Assembly (NCBI GenBank): GCA_963758635.1
Contig: CAVWWD010000006.1
Coordinates: forward strand, 224,001-288,000
DNA from: an uncultured Candidatus Rokubacteria bacterium
Lineage (GTDB): Bacteria; Methylomirabilota; Methylomirabilia; Rokubacteriales; CSP1-6
Direction: 5' to 3'
Length of the DNA: 64,000 nt
Shown here in pieces: positions 21,525 to 32,685 of this stretch. A program made the position numbers and the translations under genes. Within the stretch, counting starts at the first letter, position 1, and each line of letters opens with the position of its first letter. Under the pieces are notes generated by a model that worked only from the letters and a program-made list of their open reading frames with translations, was not told the DNA's origin and made no database searches.

Positions 21525-21657
21525 AGCGCCATGCGCGGCCGAGCGTGCACTGGCAGCCACCTACTCGCGCGCCCGACTATGTGCGCGACGATTCAAATGC
21601 CGCGTGCTACTTGAGCTCGAAACGCCGCCGCGCGTGATCGACTGAGGCGTCGTCGTC

Positions 21658-24600
21658 ATGCGCTGCCCCCAGTGCAACCAGGACAACCCCTCCGGCGCCC
21701 GCTTCTGCAACGGCTGCGGCGCGCGGCTGGAAGCGGTGTGCGCCGCCTGCGGCCAGGTGAATCCCCCGGCTAGCCGCTTCTGCAACGGCTGCGGGCAACC
21801 GCTCGGCGGGGCGGTGGCCACGGCGCCGGCGCCCGAGAGCTACACGCCCCGCCACCTCGCGGAGAAGATCCTCACCTCGAAGGCCGCCGTCGAGGGGGAG
21901 CGCAAGCAGGTCACCGTGCTCTTCGCCGACCTGAAGGGCTCCATGGAGCTCCTGGCCGACCGCGATCCGGAAGAGGCGCGGAAGATCCTGGACCCGGTGA
22001 TCGAGCTCATGATGGCCGCCGTGCACCGTTACGAGGGCACCGTCAACCAGGTCATGGGCGACGGGATCATGGCCCTCTTCGGCGCCCCGCTCGCCCACGA
22101 GGATCACGCCGTCCGGGCCTGCTACGCCGCGCTCCGGATGCAGGAAGCGGTGAAGCGCCACGCCGAGGAAGTGCGCCGGACGCAGGGCATCAGCGTGCGC
22201 ATCCGCGTCGGCCTCAACTCCGGGGATGTCGTCGTGCGCGCCGTCGGGAGCGACCTCCGGATGGACTACACCGCGGTGGGGCAGACCACGCACCTGGCCG
22301 CGCGCATGGAGCAGCTCGCCGACCCCGGCTCGATCCTCCTGACCCCCGACACCCTGGCCCTTGCCGAGGGGCACATCCAGGTGCGCTCGCTGGGCCCCAC
22401 GCCGGTGAAGGGCCTTGCCGGGCCCATCGAGGTGCACGAGGTGCTCGGCGCCTCCACCGTCCGCTCGCGCTTTCAGGCGGCGGCGGCGCGGGGTCTCTCG
22501 CGATTCGTCGGCCGTACCGTGGAGATCCAGCAGCTGCACGACGCCCTCGAGCACGCGCAGGCCGGCCGGGGACAGGTGGTGGGCGTCGTGGGCGAGCCCG
22601 GGGTCGGCAAGTCGCGCCTCTACCACGAGTTCACGCTCTCGCACCGCGTGCAGGGCTGCTTCGTGCTCGCGAGCGTCTCGGTGTCCTACGGCCGGGCGGC
22701 GGCGTACTTCCCGATCATCGACCTGCTGAAGACGTACTTCCGCATCGACGCGCGGGACGACGCGCGGACCGTCCGAGAGAAGGTGACGGGCCGGCTCCTC
22801 TCCCTCGACCGAGGCCTCGAGCCGTTCCTGCCCGCCGTCCTTTGGCTCCTCGACGTCGCCGTGAGACGCGCCGAGCTGGGAGCGCCTCGATCCGCCGCAG
22901 CGGCGCCGCCAGATCCTCGACGGCGTCAAGCGCTTACTCCTCCGCGAGAGCCAGAACCAGCCCCTCGTCGTCATCTTCGAGGATCTGCACTGGATCGACG
23001 CGGAGACGCAGGCGCTCGTGGAGGCCCTCGTGGAGGGGCTGCCGGCGGCGCGCGTCCTCATGCTGGTCAACTACCGCCCGGAGTACCAGCACGCCTGGGG
23101 CTCGAAGAGCTACTACCGGCAGCTCCGGATCGAGCCCCTGCCCGCCGCGAGCGCGCGGGAGCTGCTCGACGCCCTCCTCGGGGACGACGCCACCGTCCAG
23201 CCGCTGAAGACCCTCCTGATCCAGCGCACGGAGGGCACGCCGTTCTTCCTGGAGGAAGGCGTTCGCGCCCTGGTAGAGACGCGAGTGCTGACGGGCGAGC
23301 GCGGGAGCTACCGCCTGCTGCGGTCGCTCGACACCATCGAGGTGCCCGCCACCGTGAAGGCCCTCCTCGCCGCCCGGATCGACCGGCTGACCTCCGAGGA
23401 CAAGAGCGTGCTCCAGGCCGCCTCGGTCGTCGGCACCGACGTGCCCTTCGACGTGCTCGAGGCCATCGCCGGCGTGCCGCGGGACGCGCTCCGGCACTCG
23501 CCTCGACCGGCTGCAGGCCGCGGAGTTCCTGTACGAGACCGCGCTCTTTCCCACTCTCGAGTACACCTTCAAGCACGCGCTCACCCACGAGGTGACCTAC
23601 GGGAGCCTCCTGGGGGACCGCCGGCGCGCGCTGCACGCGCGCATCGTCGAGGCCATCGAGCGCCTGCACGCGGGGCGGCTGGACGAACAGGTCGATCGAC
23701 TGGCCACACACGCAGTGCGGGGCGAGATCGCCGACAAGGCGGTCACGTATCTCCACCGGGCGGGGGACAAGGCGCTCCGGCGCTCGGCCAACAACGAGGC
23801 CATCTCCTACTACACCCAGGCGCTCGACCTCCTGGCCCGGTGGCCGGCCGGCCCGGAGCGGGAGCGGCAGGAGCTACAGCTCCTCCTCGCCCTGGGGCCG
23901 GCGTTGCAAATGACGCGGGGCTTCGGCGCGGCGGAGGTCGGGCGCACATACCGGCGGGCATCCGAGCTGGGCGAGGCGATCGGCCAGCCGGCCGAGCTCT
24001 TCCAGGCGACGTGGGGCCTGTGGCTCTTCACCATGACCGGCAAGGGCGACTACGCGGCGGGGCGCCGGATCGCCGAGGATCTGATCGCTCTCGGCGAGCG
24101 CCTGGACGACCCCGCCCTCCGGCTGGAGGCCCATCACGCGATGTCGCCGACGACGCTCTGGGTGGGCGACCCAGAGGCGACGCGCCGGCACACCGAGGAA
24201 GGCATCGCCCTCTACGACAAGGATCTGCACCGATCCCTGGCTTTCCTGTACGGGGGTCACGACCCGGGAGTCTGCTGCCGCATGCACTCGTCCGTGGCCC
24301 TGTGGATGCTCGGCCATCCGACGCAGGCCATGGAACGCAGCCGCTCCGGCATGGCCCTCGCCCGAGAGCTCGGCCATCCGGGAAGCATCGTCAACGCCTT
24401 CCCCTTCGCGATCTCCTCCGTTATCTCATCGGCGACAGCGCGACGATGAGCGATCTCGTCGAATCGTTGCTGGCGATGTCTCTCGAGCACGGGTTCCCCA
24501 GTGGCTGGCATACGGGCGCATCTTCGAAGCCTGGATCGGCGGCCAGGGGGACCGGGAGAGCATCGACCGGATCCGCCGCGGAATCAACGAGTATCGCGCG

Positions 24601-25027
24601 GTAAACGTGCTCTGGGTTCCGGCCTTCCATGGGCTCCTGGCCGGCACCTGCCTGAAGCGCGGCGCCACGGAAGAAGGGCTCGAGACCGTCGCCGAGGCTC
24701 TGGCCCTGGCCGACGCGACGGGAGCCCGTCTCTGGACACCGGAGTTGCATCGGCTCAGAGGGCGAGCTGCTGCTCACCTCGCGGGATGCCGCCCCGGAGG
24801 CCGCGGAGGCAGCATTCCGCGAGGCCATCGAGACGTCGCGCGGTCAGGGCACCCGATCCTGGGAGCTGCGGGCCGTGGTCAGCCTGAGCCGCGTCTGGGA
24901 GCGCCAGGGCAAGCGGGAGGAGGCGCGGCGCCTCGTCGCGGAGGCTTACGGTCGGTTCACCGAGGGCCTCGAGACCGCCGACATCGTCGAGGCGCGCCGC
25001 GGATCGACGAGCTCGACCCGGCCCTGA
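21658..25027 (+). CDS. Double zinc ribbon-adenylate/guanylate cyclase-AAA ATPase-TPR protein (multiple frameshifts)
   Basis: CPQC..FCNGCG twice, TVLFADLKGS, GDGIMALFG, GEPGVGKS, EDLHWID, ARIDRL, FKHALTHEV, TPR-like C-terminus; end approximate. Confidence 0.85.
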
Positions 25028-25047
25028 GCCGGCGGGCCGCTGCGCTC

Positions 25048-25959
25048 TCAGCGCTGGGCGAGGGCGGGGAGGATCTCCTCCACGACGATGTCGAGCGTCT
25101 CCATGATCGCGGGATACGTGCTGTAGCTCACCTCGAGCGCCACGTGGCTGCAGCCGGCGGCGCGATAGGCGCGGAGGTCGCGCGCGATCTCGCCCAGGCC
25201 GCCGCGCAGGGCGTGGCGGGTCCCGAGCAGCGCGGGATCCACCGCGGGCCGATGGACGCCGTCGATCAGGATTGGCACGCGGAGCGTCAGCTCCGGCGAT
25301 CCCTCGCGCCCGGCTTCCTTCCAGAGGTTCCCCACCGCGAGCGCGCCCGCGCGGAACGCCGCGGGGTTCATGCTCGACGCGTGCCAGCCGTCGCCCAGAC
25401 GCGCCACGCGGCGGTACGCCGCCTCGCTGGCGCCGCCGATGAGGATGGGCGGGCGCGGCTTCTGGAGCGGCATCGGCGACATCCGCATGCCGGACACGTG
25501 GTGCCGCGCGGTGTGGATCTCCGGGTACGGTTGCGTCCACACCGAGCGGAAGATCTCGAGCGCCTCGTCGGCGCGGCTGCCGCGCTCCTTGAACGGCACG
25601 CCGAGGGCGTCGAACTCGCCCTCGAGCCAGCCCACCGCCGCGCCCACGATGAGCCGGCCGCCCGAGAGCACGTCGACGCTGGCGAGGAGCTTGGCCACGG
25701 GAAGCGGCGAGCGGTACGGCAGCACCACCACGCTCGTCCCGAGCGCGATCCGATCGGTGACCCCGGCCAGCCACGGCAGCATGGCGAGCGGGTCGAGCAT
25801 GTCCTCCCGATAGATCAGCGCGGTGTCGCGGGGCACCGTCACGTGGTCGGTGACCCAGACCGAGTCGAGGCGGATCTCCTCGGCGCGAAGCACGAGCTCG
25901 TAGATCCGCTCGGTCTCGATGGGCCGGCCGTAGTGCGGGACACAGATGCCGATCTTCAT
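25048..25959 (-). CDS. LLM class (F420-dependent-type) oxidoreductase
   Basis: DSVWVTDH, LGTSVVVLPYR, SVDVLSGGRL, PLQKPRPPILIGG. Confidence 0.9.
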   Translation of the reverse strand: MKIGICVPHYGRPIETERIYELVLRAEEIRLDSVWVTDHVTVPRDTALIYREDMLDPLAMLPWLAGVTDRIALGTSVVVLPYRSPLPVAKLLASVDVLSGGRLIVGAAVGWLEGEFDALGVPFKERGSRADEALEIFRSVWTQPYPEIHTARHHVSGMRMSPMPLQKPRPPILIGGASEAAYRRVARLGDGWHASSMNPAAFRAGALAVGNLWKEAGREGSPELTLRVPILIDGVHRPAVDPALLGTRHALRGGLGEIARDLRAYRAAGCSHVALEVSYSTYPAIMETLDIVVEEILPALAQR

Positions 25960-26984
25960 GGCTTCTCCTCCGAGGTTGGGAACGACGCCGGGGACGACGC
26001 GCGGGCCAGCGCGTAGGCCTGGTCGATGAGAACGGCGGCGCGGGCGCACTCCCGCACGCCCGCGGGCGGCGGCGCGCCGCGGCGGAAGCAGTCGAGGACG
26101 TCGCGGAGCGCGGTCACGTAGAGCGGCTCCGGCGGCTGGCCCGGCGTGGTCTCCGTCCCGTCCGCCGTCTCCAGCCGGATCGTGTCGTCCTTCAACGCGA
26201 GGATGGCGTCGCGCCCCGCGATCTTCCACTCGCCGTCGGTGCCGTTGCGCGGGAAGGTGTTGCCCACCTCGATGGTGCCGAGCACGCCGCTCCGCGACTG
26301 CAGCAGGACCGAGGCGTAGTCCTCGACCGCGTGGCCAAGCGCGCGGGCGCTCACCTGGGCGCCGGTCACGCGCGCGTCCTCGCCGGTGAGGTGGCAGAAC
26401 AGGTCGAAGCCGTGGGTGCCGAGGTTGCGCAGGCACCCGCCGCCCGCGACGGCGGGATCCAGCATCCACGGCGAGCCCCACGCCGGGTAGCGGCCAGACG
26501 TGGGCCGGTTCAGCCGGAAGTAGACGTGCGAGACGGGCCCGAACCGGCCGGCGGCAAGAAGCTCACGGGCGCGGGCCACCCACGGCTGGTAGCGCTGGGC
26601 CAGCGCCACCGCCACGAAGGCGCGCTTCGCCGCCGCCTTGTCGGCCACGCCTCGCACCTCGGCGGCGTCGAGGCCCATCGGCTTCTCCATCAGGAACGGA
26701 TAGCCCTCCTCGAGCAGGTGATGCGCGGTCTCCGCCATCGTCGAGTGCCGTCCCAGCGCGATCACGAAGTCGGGCCGCGTCTCCGCCAGCATGCGCCGGT
26801 AGTCGGTGAACACGCGGGGCCCGCCGAGCGCGGCGGCGCGCTCCGACGCGATCTCCGGGCTCGGGTCCTGCACGGCGACCAGCGTCGTGTCGGGCATGGC
26901 CACGAGGTTCCGGAGGTACGCCGCGTCCTGGAGCGCGTGCCAGTGGCTCACCTCGATCCCGGCGACCCGGAGCGGGGCGGCCAT
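25956..26984 (-). CDS. Gfo/Idh/MocA family oxidoreductase
   Basis: MEKPM, GGGCLRNLGTHGFD, VEDYA. Confidence 0.9.
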   Translation of the reverse strand: MAAPLRVAGIEVSHWHALQDAAYLRNLVAMPDTTLVAVQDPSPEIASERAAALGGPRVFTDYRRMLAETRPDFVIALGRHSTMAETAHHLLEEGYPFLMEKPMGLDAAEVRGVADKAAAKRAFVAVALAQRYQPWVARARELLAAGRFGPVSHVYFRLNRPTSGRYPAWGSPWMLDPAVAGGGCLRNLGTHGFDLFCHLTGEDARVTGAQVSARALGHAVEDYASVLLQSRSGVLGTIEVGNTFPRNGTDGEWKIAGRDAILALKDDTIRLETADGTETTPGQPPEPLYVTALRDVLDCFRRGAPPPAGVRECARAAVLIDQAYALARASSPASFPTSEEKP

Positions 26985-26987
26985 CGG

Positions 26988-27770
26988 TCAGGCCCACCAG
27001 TAGCGGCGCGCGTACACCACGGTGAGCGCGGCGCCCACCGCGATCACGACGGCGCGCATCAGGGCCGGGGGCAGCGCGCGCGCGAGCCGCCCGCCCGCGA
27101 AGCCTCCCGCCATGGCGCCCACCATCATGCCGGCGGTGGGGCCCCAGGCGATGGCGCCCTGGACGATGAACACGATCGACGCGACGATGCTCACCAGCCC
27201 GGAGAGGAAGTTCTTCACCACGTTGGCGGTGCGCGGGTCGTCGAAGAACCCCGCGGAGAGGATGGCGAGCAGCATCACGCTCATCCCCGCGCCGAAGTAG
27301 CCGCCGTACATGGTCACGGGGAAGAACACGAGGAGCGTGGCGCCGCGCGGCCACTCCGCCCCGGACGCCGCGGGCCCCGTCCGCCCAAGGCTCCAGCGCC
27401 GGATGCGCTCGGCGGCGGCGAAGAGCAGCGTGGCCGCGCCGATGAGGACGGGCACGAGCGTGGTGAACGCCTTGTCCGGCGTCACGAGGAGCAGCGCCGC
27501 GCCCGCCACCGTGCCGGCCATCGCGGTCGCGGCCAGGCCGAGGAGCGATCGGTCCCACGGCGGCATGCGCTGCCGGTCGGCGAGGACGGCGAAGAGGCTC
27601 CCGGGCGCGAGCGCCACCTGGTTCGACGCGTTCGCGATCACCGGCGGGAGCCCGGTGGCGAGGAGCACGGGGAACGTGATGAGCGACGAGCCGCCGACGA
27701 CGGCGGTGACGAGCCCGCCCGCCGCGCCCGCCGCGACCAGCATCGCCAGCGCCTGCGCTTCGGGGCTCAC
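26988..27770 (-). CDS. Sulfite exporter TauE/SafE family protein
   Basis: GGSSLITFPVL, ANASN, YGGYFGAG. Confidence 0.88.
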   Translation of the reverse strand: MSPEAQALAMLVAAGAAGGLVTAVVGGSSLITFPVLLATGLPPVIANASNQVALAPGSLFAVLADRQRMPPWDRSLLGLAATAMAGTVAGAALLLVTPDKAFTTLVPVLIGAATLLFAAAERIRRWSLGRTGPAASGAEWPRGATLLVFFPVTMYGGYFGAGMSVMLLAILSAGFFDDPRTANVVKNFLSGLVSIVASIVFIVQGAIAWGPTAGMMVGAMAGGFAGGRLARALPPALMRAVVIAVGAALTVVYARRYWWA

Positions 27771-28789
27771 GCCACGCGCGCCGCCACGTCGCCCATGAAG
27801 CGCCGCATGAACGCGCGCGGATCGGGCACGAAGCCCGTGACCACGAACTGGCGCGCGCCCGCGCGCATGGCGCGACGCACCTGGGCCACGCAGTCCTCCG
27901 GCGTGCCCGCGATGGCGAAGCGATCCACGAGGAACTCGGTGAGCCCCCAGCGGTCGGTCAGGTCGGCGTTGCCCGCGCCCGCGATCTCGTGGTGATGCGC
28001 GTCGTACTCGCGCTGGAGCGCGCGGATCTTCTCGTGGAGGTCGGCCGGCACGCCCTTGCCGTCCAGCGTGAAGCGGAACGCGTGGTTCGCGCTGGCCGCC
28101 AGCGCCATCCGGATCGGCTCGACCGCGGCGGCGCGCGTGTCGGCCACGTTGGTCTTGGCGAACCACCACACGTCCAGGTCGTCGAGGCGGCGGCCCGCCG
28201 CGCGCGCGCCGCGCTCGATCGCGGCCAGCGACAGCTCGACCACCTCGGGCGTGAGCCCGAGCCCCACGATCACGCCGTCGGCGACCCGGCCGGCCAGCTC
28301 CAGGGTGCGCGGGCCCTCGGCGGCCAGGTACACGGGCACGCGGCGGGTCGAGCGGCGCACCTGCCAGCGGCGCCCGCCGCGGTCCACCGCGGCGCCGCTG
28401 GTGAGGCGCCCCAGCGTCAGCGTGGCGTCCTCGAGGCCGGCCAGCGTCGCCGGCGGCGCCCCCAGCGTGAAGATGGCGCTGTCGCCCGAGCCCAGGCCGA
28501 GGATCGCGCGCCCGCCCGAGAGCTCGTCGACGCTCGAGATGGCGCTCGCCGTGACGACCAGGTGCCGCGTGAGCGGGTTCGTCACGAGCGGCCCGAGGCG
28601 CACGCGCCGTGTCTCGCGCGCCGCCACCGCGAGCGCCACGTACATCTCGCGGAATACCGACTGCGAGTCGGCCACGCCGAGCAGGTCGAATCCCGTCGTC
28701 TCGGCCTCGCGGCAGAGCTCGCCGAAGTCGGCGAGCGACTCGGGAAGCAAGACGATGCCGAACCGCGCACCGGCGACGGTCACGAGCAA
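27767..28789 (-). CDS. LLM class flavin-dependent oxidoreductase (Mer-like)
   Basis: GVADSQ, VTNPLTRH, DELSGGRAILGLGSGD, AAEGPRTLELAGRVADG. Confidence 0.9.
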   Translation of the reverse strand: MLVTVAGARFGIVLLPESLADFGELCREAETTGFDLLGVADSQSVFREMYVALAVAARETRRVRLGPLVTNPLTRHLVVTASAISSVDELSGGRAILGLGSGDSAIFTLGAPPATLAGLEDATLTLGRLTSGAAVDRGGRRWQVRRSTRRVPVYLAAEGPRTLELAGRVADGVIVGLGLTPEVVELSLAAIERGARAAGRRLDDLDVWWFAKTNVADTRAAAVEPIRMALAASANHAFRFTLDGKGVPADLHEKIRALQREYDAHHHEIAGAGNADLTDRWGLTEFLVDRFAIAGTPEDCVAQVRRAMRAGARQFVVTGFVPDPRAFMRRFMGDVAARVA

Positions 28790-28920
28790 TGTCCGCCCTT
28801 CACGAGATGCGACGGGCGACGGCGCGGCGGGACGTGGGCAGGCGCGGCACGTCGCTTACTCTACCCGATCTCCGTCCCGGGGCGCTTGACGTGCCCGCGC
28901 CGCGAGGGCACGATCCCGGC

Positions 28921-30387
28921 ATGAGCGCCCGCACCGGCGAGCAGTTCCTGGACGGCCTGCGCAAGACGAGGCGCACTCTCTGGGTCGGGGGCGATCGCGT
29001 GGACGACGTCACCGCGCATCCCGCGCTGGCCCAGGCCGCGCGCACGCTGGCCGGCGTCTTCGACCGCCAGCATCGCTACGCCGGCGAGTGCCTCGTGGCC
29101 GATCCCGAGACGGGCGAGCCCACCAGCGTGAGCCACGTGACGCCCTCGCTCGGTCGAGGACCTCAAGCGCCGCAACCGGGCGCTGGCGCGCATCTCCGAG
29201 GCCACCGTCGGCCTGATGGGACGCACGCCGGACTACATGAACGTGAAGTTCGCCTCCTTCGCCTCCCGCAGCGGGGCGTGGGCGGGCCCCGGCGGCGTGA
29301 ACGCGGAGGGCGCGGAGAACCTCGTGCGCTTCCAGCGCCGGCTCGCCCGGGAGGACCTGTCGCTCACCCACACGATCATCCATCCCACCGTGGACAAGGC
29401 GACGGACGCGCGCATCGTGGGCAGCGGGGTGCCGCTCCACAAGGTGGAGGACACCGCGCACGGCATCGTGGTGCGCGGCGCCCGCATCCTCGCCACGCTC
29501 GCGCCGTACGCCGACGAGATCGCCGTGTACCCGGCGCTGCCGATGCCCGCGGACGCCACCGCCTACGCGCTGGCGTTCTCGATCCCCGTGGACACGCCCG
29601 GGCTGATCTTCCTGTGCCGCGACAGCGCAGCCGCGCCGGGCGCGCATCCCTTCGACCGGCCGCTGTCCTCGCGCTTCGACGAGCAGGACGCGTTCGTGAT
29701 CTTCGACAACGTCGAGGTGCCGCGCGAGCGCGTGTTCATCGACGGGTCGGTGGACGTCTACAACGTCATCCGGCAGACCGAGGTGGTCGAGAACCTCACC
29801 AACCAGACCACGGTGCGGGCCCTCACCAAGCTGGAGTTCTCCTACGGGCTCGCCGCGCGCATGGCCGAGGCGATCAACGACCAGAGCGCGGCCACGCAGG
29901 AGATGCTGGGCGAGCTGCTGAGCTACGTGGAGACCACGCGGAGCGCGGTGCTGCTGTCCGCGGAGCACGGGCGCGACGTGGGAGACGGCGTCTGGTGCCC
30001 GGACCGGCGGCCCCTCGCGCCGATGCGCTCGCTCCTGGCCACGTGGTTCCCGCGCGTGGCCGAGATCATCACGCTGATCGGCAGCCACAACCTCCTGGCC
30101 ACGCCGAGCCGGCGCCAGCTCGACGACGCCGAGCTGCGCCCGCTGATCGACGAGTTCCTCCACGGGGCCAACGGCGTCGGGGCCGAGGCCCGCGCCGCGC
30201 TCTTCCGCCTCGCGTGGGACTTCGTGGGCTCCGGGCTCGCCGGGCGGAACCTGCTCTACGAGCGCTTCTACCTCACCTCGGCGGCGCGGAACCGCATCAG
30301 CGCCCACCTCGCCAACACCGACCGGAGCCGGCCGTACGGCCTGGTCGACGACATCCTCGGCGCCGGCCTCGACGCCGGCACGCCTGA
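28921..30387 (+). CDS. 4-hydroxyphenylacetate 3-hydroxylase (HpaB/TcpA)-like flavin monooxygenase oxygenase subunit (frameshifted)
   Basis: ARTGEQFLDGLR..WVGGDRVDDVTAHP, MGRTPDY, GIVVRGARILAT, SRFDEQDA, RLAWD, LYERFY; indel near 29145 and probably another near the 3' end. Confidence 0.85.
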   Translation: MSARTGEQFLDGLRKTRRTLWVGGDRVDDVTAHPALAQAARTLAGVFDRQHRYAGECLVADPETGEPTSVSHVTPSLGRGPQAPQPGAGAHLRGHRRPDGTHAGLHEREVRLLRLPQRGVGGPRRRERGGRGEPRALPAPARPGGPVAHPHDHPSHRGQGDGRAHRGQRGAAPQGGGHRARHRGARRPHPRHARAVRRRDRRVPGAADARGRHRLRAGVLDPRGHARADLPVPRQRSRAGRASLRPAAVLALRRAGRVRDLRQRRGAARARVHRRVGGRLQRHPADRGGREPHQPDHGAGPHQAGVLLRARRAHGRGDQRPERGHAGDAGRAAELRGDHAERGAAVRGARARRGRRRLVPGPAAPRADALAPGHVVPARGRDHHADRQPQPPGHAEPAPARRRRAAPADRRVPPRGQRRRGRGPRRALPPRVGLRGLRARRAEPALRALLPHLGGAEPHQRPPRQHRPEPAVRPGRRHPRRRPRRRHA

Positions 30388-30391
30388 CCGG

Positions 30392-30580
30392 CTAGCGCTC
30401 GGCGGCGCGGCGCGCGCGGGCCTCGGCGAGGTCCGTCTCGTCGACGTACGCGATCGGATCCGCGTCGAACCGCCGCTTGCACTCCTCGGCGCAGAAGTAG
30501 AACGTCACGCCCTCGAATTCAGACTGTGCGACGGCCGTGACCGGGGAGACTTCCATCCCGCAGACTGGATCGAGCCCCAT
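30392..30580 (-). CDS. YHS domain protein
   Basis: DPVCGMEV...FYFCAEECKRRFDADP; GGAGG RBS. Confidence 0.9.
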   Translation of the reverse strand: MGLDPVCGMEVSPVTAVAQSEFEGVTFYFCAEECKRRFDADPIAYVDETDLAEARARRAAER

Positions 30581-30638
30581 ATGACCCTCCCTGAGCGGTA
30601 TGTTCGTCGCCCGCGCGGGGCGACGACCACGAGGCCAC

Positions 30639-30653
30639 GCAAGGGCGGTGCCA
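30639..30653 (-). promoter_or_regulatory. sigma54 (-24/-12) promoter
   Basis: TGGCAC-CGCCC-TTGC, a perfect RpoN consensus about 60 nt upstream of the YHS start. Confidence 0.75.
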
Positions 30654-30780
30654 CGGGGGCGGCCTCGGCAATCCGCGGACTTCCCCGCTCCAAGGGCCCG
30701 GGAACCGCAGCGGCCGGGTCTTTTCTTCGCGGGGCGATCCGCGCCAGGCAGCCCTGGCGGCGCCACTCGCCCGAGCGGGA

Positions 30781-32209
30781 TCAGGGAACGCGCGCCGACT
30801 CGATCCTCCTCCCGCCTCGCAGGAATGAGCACACGAGGGCCACCGCCAGGACGCCCAGGCACGCGCCGTAGATCGTCCGCATGGCCGCCACGAAGGCGTG
30901 GGGGTCTGCGGCGGCGCTCGCGGTGGCGTCGGGCACGCCGGAGTAGAGCCGGAAGAGCGCGGTCAGGAGCACGCCGGTGAGCGCGGTGCCGAGGAGCGAC
31001 GCCGTGCCGAACACCATCTGCACCATGCCGGTGGCGAAGCCGCGGTACTCGCGCGGGACCGAGCCCACGATCGCCATCTGGTTCGACGTGTTGAAGAACC
31101 CGGTGCCGATGCCTCCGAGCGCCATCACCAGCGACGGCAGGATCCAGTGCGAGTCCGGGCGCAGAAGGATCCCGACGGCGAACGAGGCGGCGGTCACGAC
31201 AACGCCGATCGACGTGGGGATGCGCGGCCCGATCTGGTCGGCCAGGCGGCCGCTGACGGCGGCGAGCGCGATGGTGAAGACGGGGGCGGACAGGAAGACG
31301 AGCCCCATGGCCGACGCCGAGAGGTGGAGCACGTCCTGCATGTAGAACGGCATGAGCAATCCGACGGCGTTGTAGGTCGTCGAGGTCAGCAGGAGGCTCA
31401 GGACGCTGAACGAGAACATCCGGATCCGGAACAGCGCCAGGTTCACGATGGGATCGACCACGCGCCATTCCTGGATGAAGAAGGCCGCGAGCGTGATCGC
31501 GAAGCCCAGGAGGAGCAGGCCGCGCTGGCCCGCGCCGAGCAGCTCGGCCACGCGCTGGTCGAGGAGCAGCGTGAAGAACACGCTCAGCACCACGAGGAGC
31601 GCCGCCCCGGCGTGATCGATGGGCGCCCGGCGGTCGGCGCGGGCCGGCTGGCCGCGCGCCCGCAGCACGGTGAGGAGCACGCCGGCCACCGCCGACGGGC
31701 ACGAGCAGGAAGAACACCCAGCGCCACGTCAGGAGGTCGATGAGGAAGCCCCCGACCGGCGGGCCCAGCAGGAGGCCGCCGTGGAAGCTCATCGTCATGT
31801 AGCCGTTGGCGCGGCCCGCGGAGGCCGACGGCATCGCCTCCAGCGCGAGCACGCGGGTGGCGGACGCGATCATCGCGGCGCCGATGCCCTGGACGAGCCG
31901 GAACAGGATGAGCCACACCACGTTCGGGGCGAATCCGCAGGCGAGCGAGCTCACGCCCATGATGGCGAAGCCCAGCGCGTAGATGGTGGAGCGCCCGCGG
32001 ATGTCGCCCATGCGCCCGAAGACCACCGACAGGCTGATGCCGGCGATCTGGTAGGCGATCAGCGCCCACGCGATCTCGATGATGTCGGCGTGAAGCGCGA
32101 CGGAGATCGTGGGCAGCGCCACGGCGAAGATGCGCGAGGCGAAGCCGGTGATGAACTGCCCCATCATCGCGCTGGCGAGGAGGAGGCGGTCCGTGGACGG
32201 AGCGGTCAC
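30781..32209 (-). CDS. MFS transporter, DHA2 (EmrB/QacA)-like (frameshift near 31690)
   Basis: GRMGDIRGR motif A, RLVQGIG, WRWVFF, DPIVNLALF, GRLADQIGPR. Confidence 0.88.
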
Positions 32210-32249
32210 TCGATCGGCCGGCGTGTCCTACGTGCGGTTCGACACCCGG

Positions 32250-32666
32250 CTACCGGGCGATGGTGAGCTCGGCGGAGTACGCCGTCCCGTCCCTGGACAT
32301 GTAGTCGGCGACCAGGATCCGCGCGCCCCCCTGATAGTAGAGCCGGTAGACGGCGCTGCCGTACGGGCCGGAGGACCTGAGGGCGCCGCCGTCCAGCCGC
32401 AGCGTGCCGACCTCCTTGAAGGCGCCGATCGCCGGCGCGCTCGCCGCCTCGTAGGCGCCGTCGCCGCGGATCGTGAGCTGCACCCAGTCGTCGGGTGCCG
32501 AGGTTCCCTGCCGCACCAGCCCCGTCCACGTGCCCGCCACGGTCTGGAAGTCGGTGACGGGGACGAGCGTGGCGCGGCCGCGCCCGGTCGTCCCGGCGCA
32601 GCTGACGAGCGCGACGGCGGCGAGGGCGAGCGCCAGCAACGTGCCGATGCGCCGAGGCCTGGTCAT
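32250..32666 (-). CDS. Small hypothetical lipoprotein
   Basis: Lipobox LVSC; VAGTWTG beta-rich body. Confidence 0.6.
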   Translation of the reverse strand: MTRPRRIGTLLALALAAVALVSCAGTTGRGRATLVPVTDFQTVAGTWTGLVRQGTSAPDDWVQLTIRGDGAYEAASAPAIGAFKEVGTLRLDGGALRSSGPYGSAVYRLYYQGGARILVADYMSRDGTAYSAELTIAR

Positions 32667-32685
32667 GGTCGCGCTTCGCATGACC

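Noticed and set aside
30388..30871. Long C-terminal extension of the HpaB-like ORF
   Set aside because: It overlaps the YHS and MFS genes antisense; a missed stop from an indel is more likely
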